A stretch of 63,364 nucleotides of DNA, counting the filler. It is 3 parts of 3 records of this genome, joined end to end, with 100 filler letters (N's around TTAATTAATTAA, not from the genome) between each part and the next. Parts side by side here need not be neighbours in the genome. Positions count along the whole stretch, not along the records: positions 55,603 to 63,364 come from SRR22947725_2456; 2 more parts are not named here. The stretch is one strand, 5' to 3'. The position numbers and the translations under genes are program-made. The notes under the pieces are model-generated. The model saw only the letters and a list, made by a program, of their open reading frames with translations. It was not told where the DNA came from and made no database searches. Every line of letters starts with the position of its first letter. Positions within the stretch are counted from its first letter, which is position 1. This document shows, one piece after another, positions 63,252-63,364 of this stretch.

Positions 63252-63362
63252 TTATATTTTATTTGGTGTGTTCATCATGTCAGCTTGTTCTTCTGCTTTT
63301 GAAGGTGGTTCAAAGCCCAGATGCCTCCACCCCGAAGCAGATATAAATCTACCCCTTGATGA
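63252..63362 (-). CDS. ruvB: Holliday junction helicase RuvB, C-terminal fragment
   Basis: My translation: SSRGRFISASGWRHLGFEPP...QADMM...*, like the RuvB RTPRGR...HLG tail; usual position upstream of ybgC. Confidence 0.8.
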   Translation of the reverse strand, partial: SSRGRFISASGWRHLGFEPPSKAEEQADMMNTPNKI

Positions 63363-63364
63363 TC

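Noticed and set aside
55603-63364. Novel system in segment 3
   Set aside because: It is the standard alphaproteobacterial ruvB-ybgC-tol-pal-tilS-ftsH cluster with nothing unexplained

Overview
This is not one genomic locus. It is three AT-rich bacterial contigs joined by artificial N-run/TTAATTAATTAA/N-run spacers (30269-30368 and 55503-55602). Segment 1 (1-30268) is a streamlined gammaproteobacterial housekeeping region; SUP05/Thioglobus-like affinity is my inference. It carries the purL end, grxD, trhO, dxs, ispG, rlmN, ndk, HU, smpB/ratA, rnhA, leuCD, ruvA, an RND pump, typA, rlmE, ispB, dinG, a peroxiredoxin, a CDF transporter and ruvC. Segment 2 (30369-55502) looks like a SAR86-like marine gammaproteobacterium (inference). 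It has a lipoprotein GH81 glucanase, ggt, many small hypothetical genes, a phage-like PD-(D/E)XK nuclease, FabH, a TonB receptor/2OG-oxygenase/NupC cluster, and serS-crcB-lolA-ftsK-trxB. Segment 3 (55603-63364) is the alphaproteobacterial ruvB-ybgC-tolQRAB-pal-cpoB-tilS-ftsH cluster. The most striking unannotated signal is in the 580-bp gap between the peroxiredoxin and the CDF transporter. A near-perfect Fur box (18/19) overlaps a sigma70 promoter on the minus strand. Downstream lie about 240 nt of five back-to-back hairpins, four with CU-rich (anti-Shine-Dalgarno-like) loops, ending in an intrinsic terminator. This is a candidate iron-responsive small RNA. Also notable is that smpB and ratA share one CATG as head-to-head start codons. 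I saw no rRNA, tRNA, CRISPR array or transposase. All product calls come from motif recognition by eye; no database searches were run.
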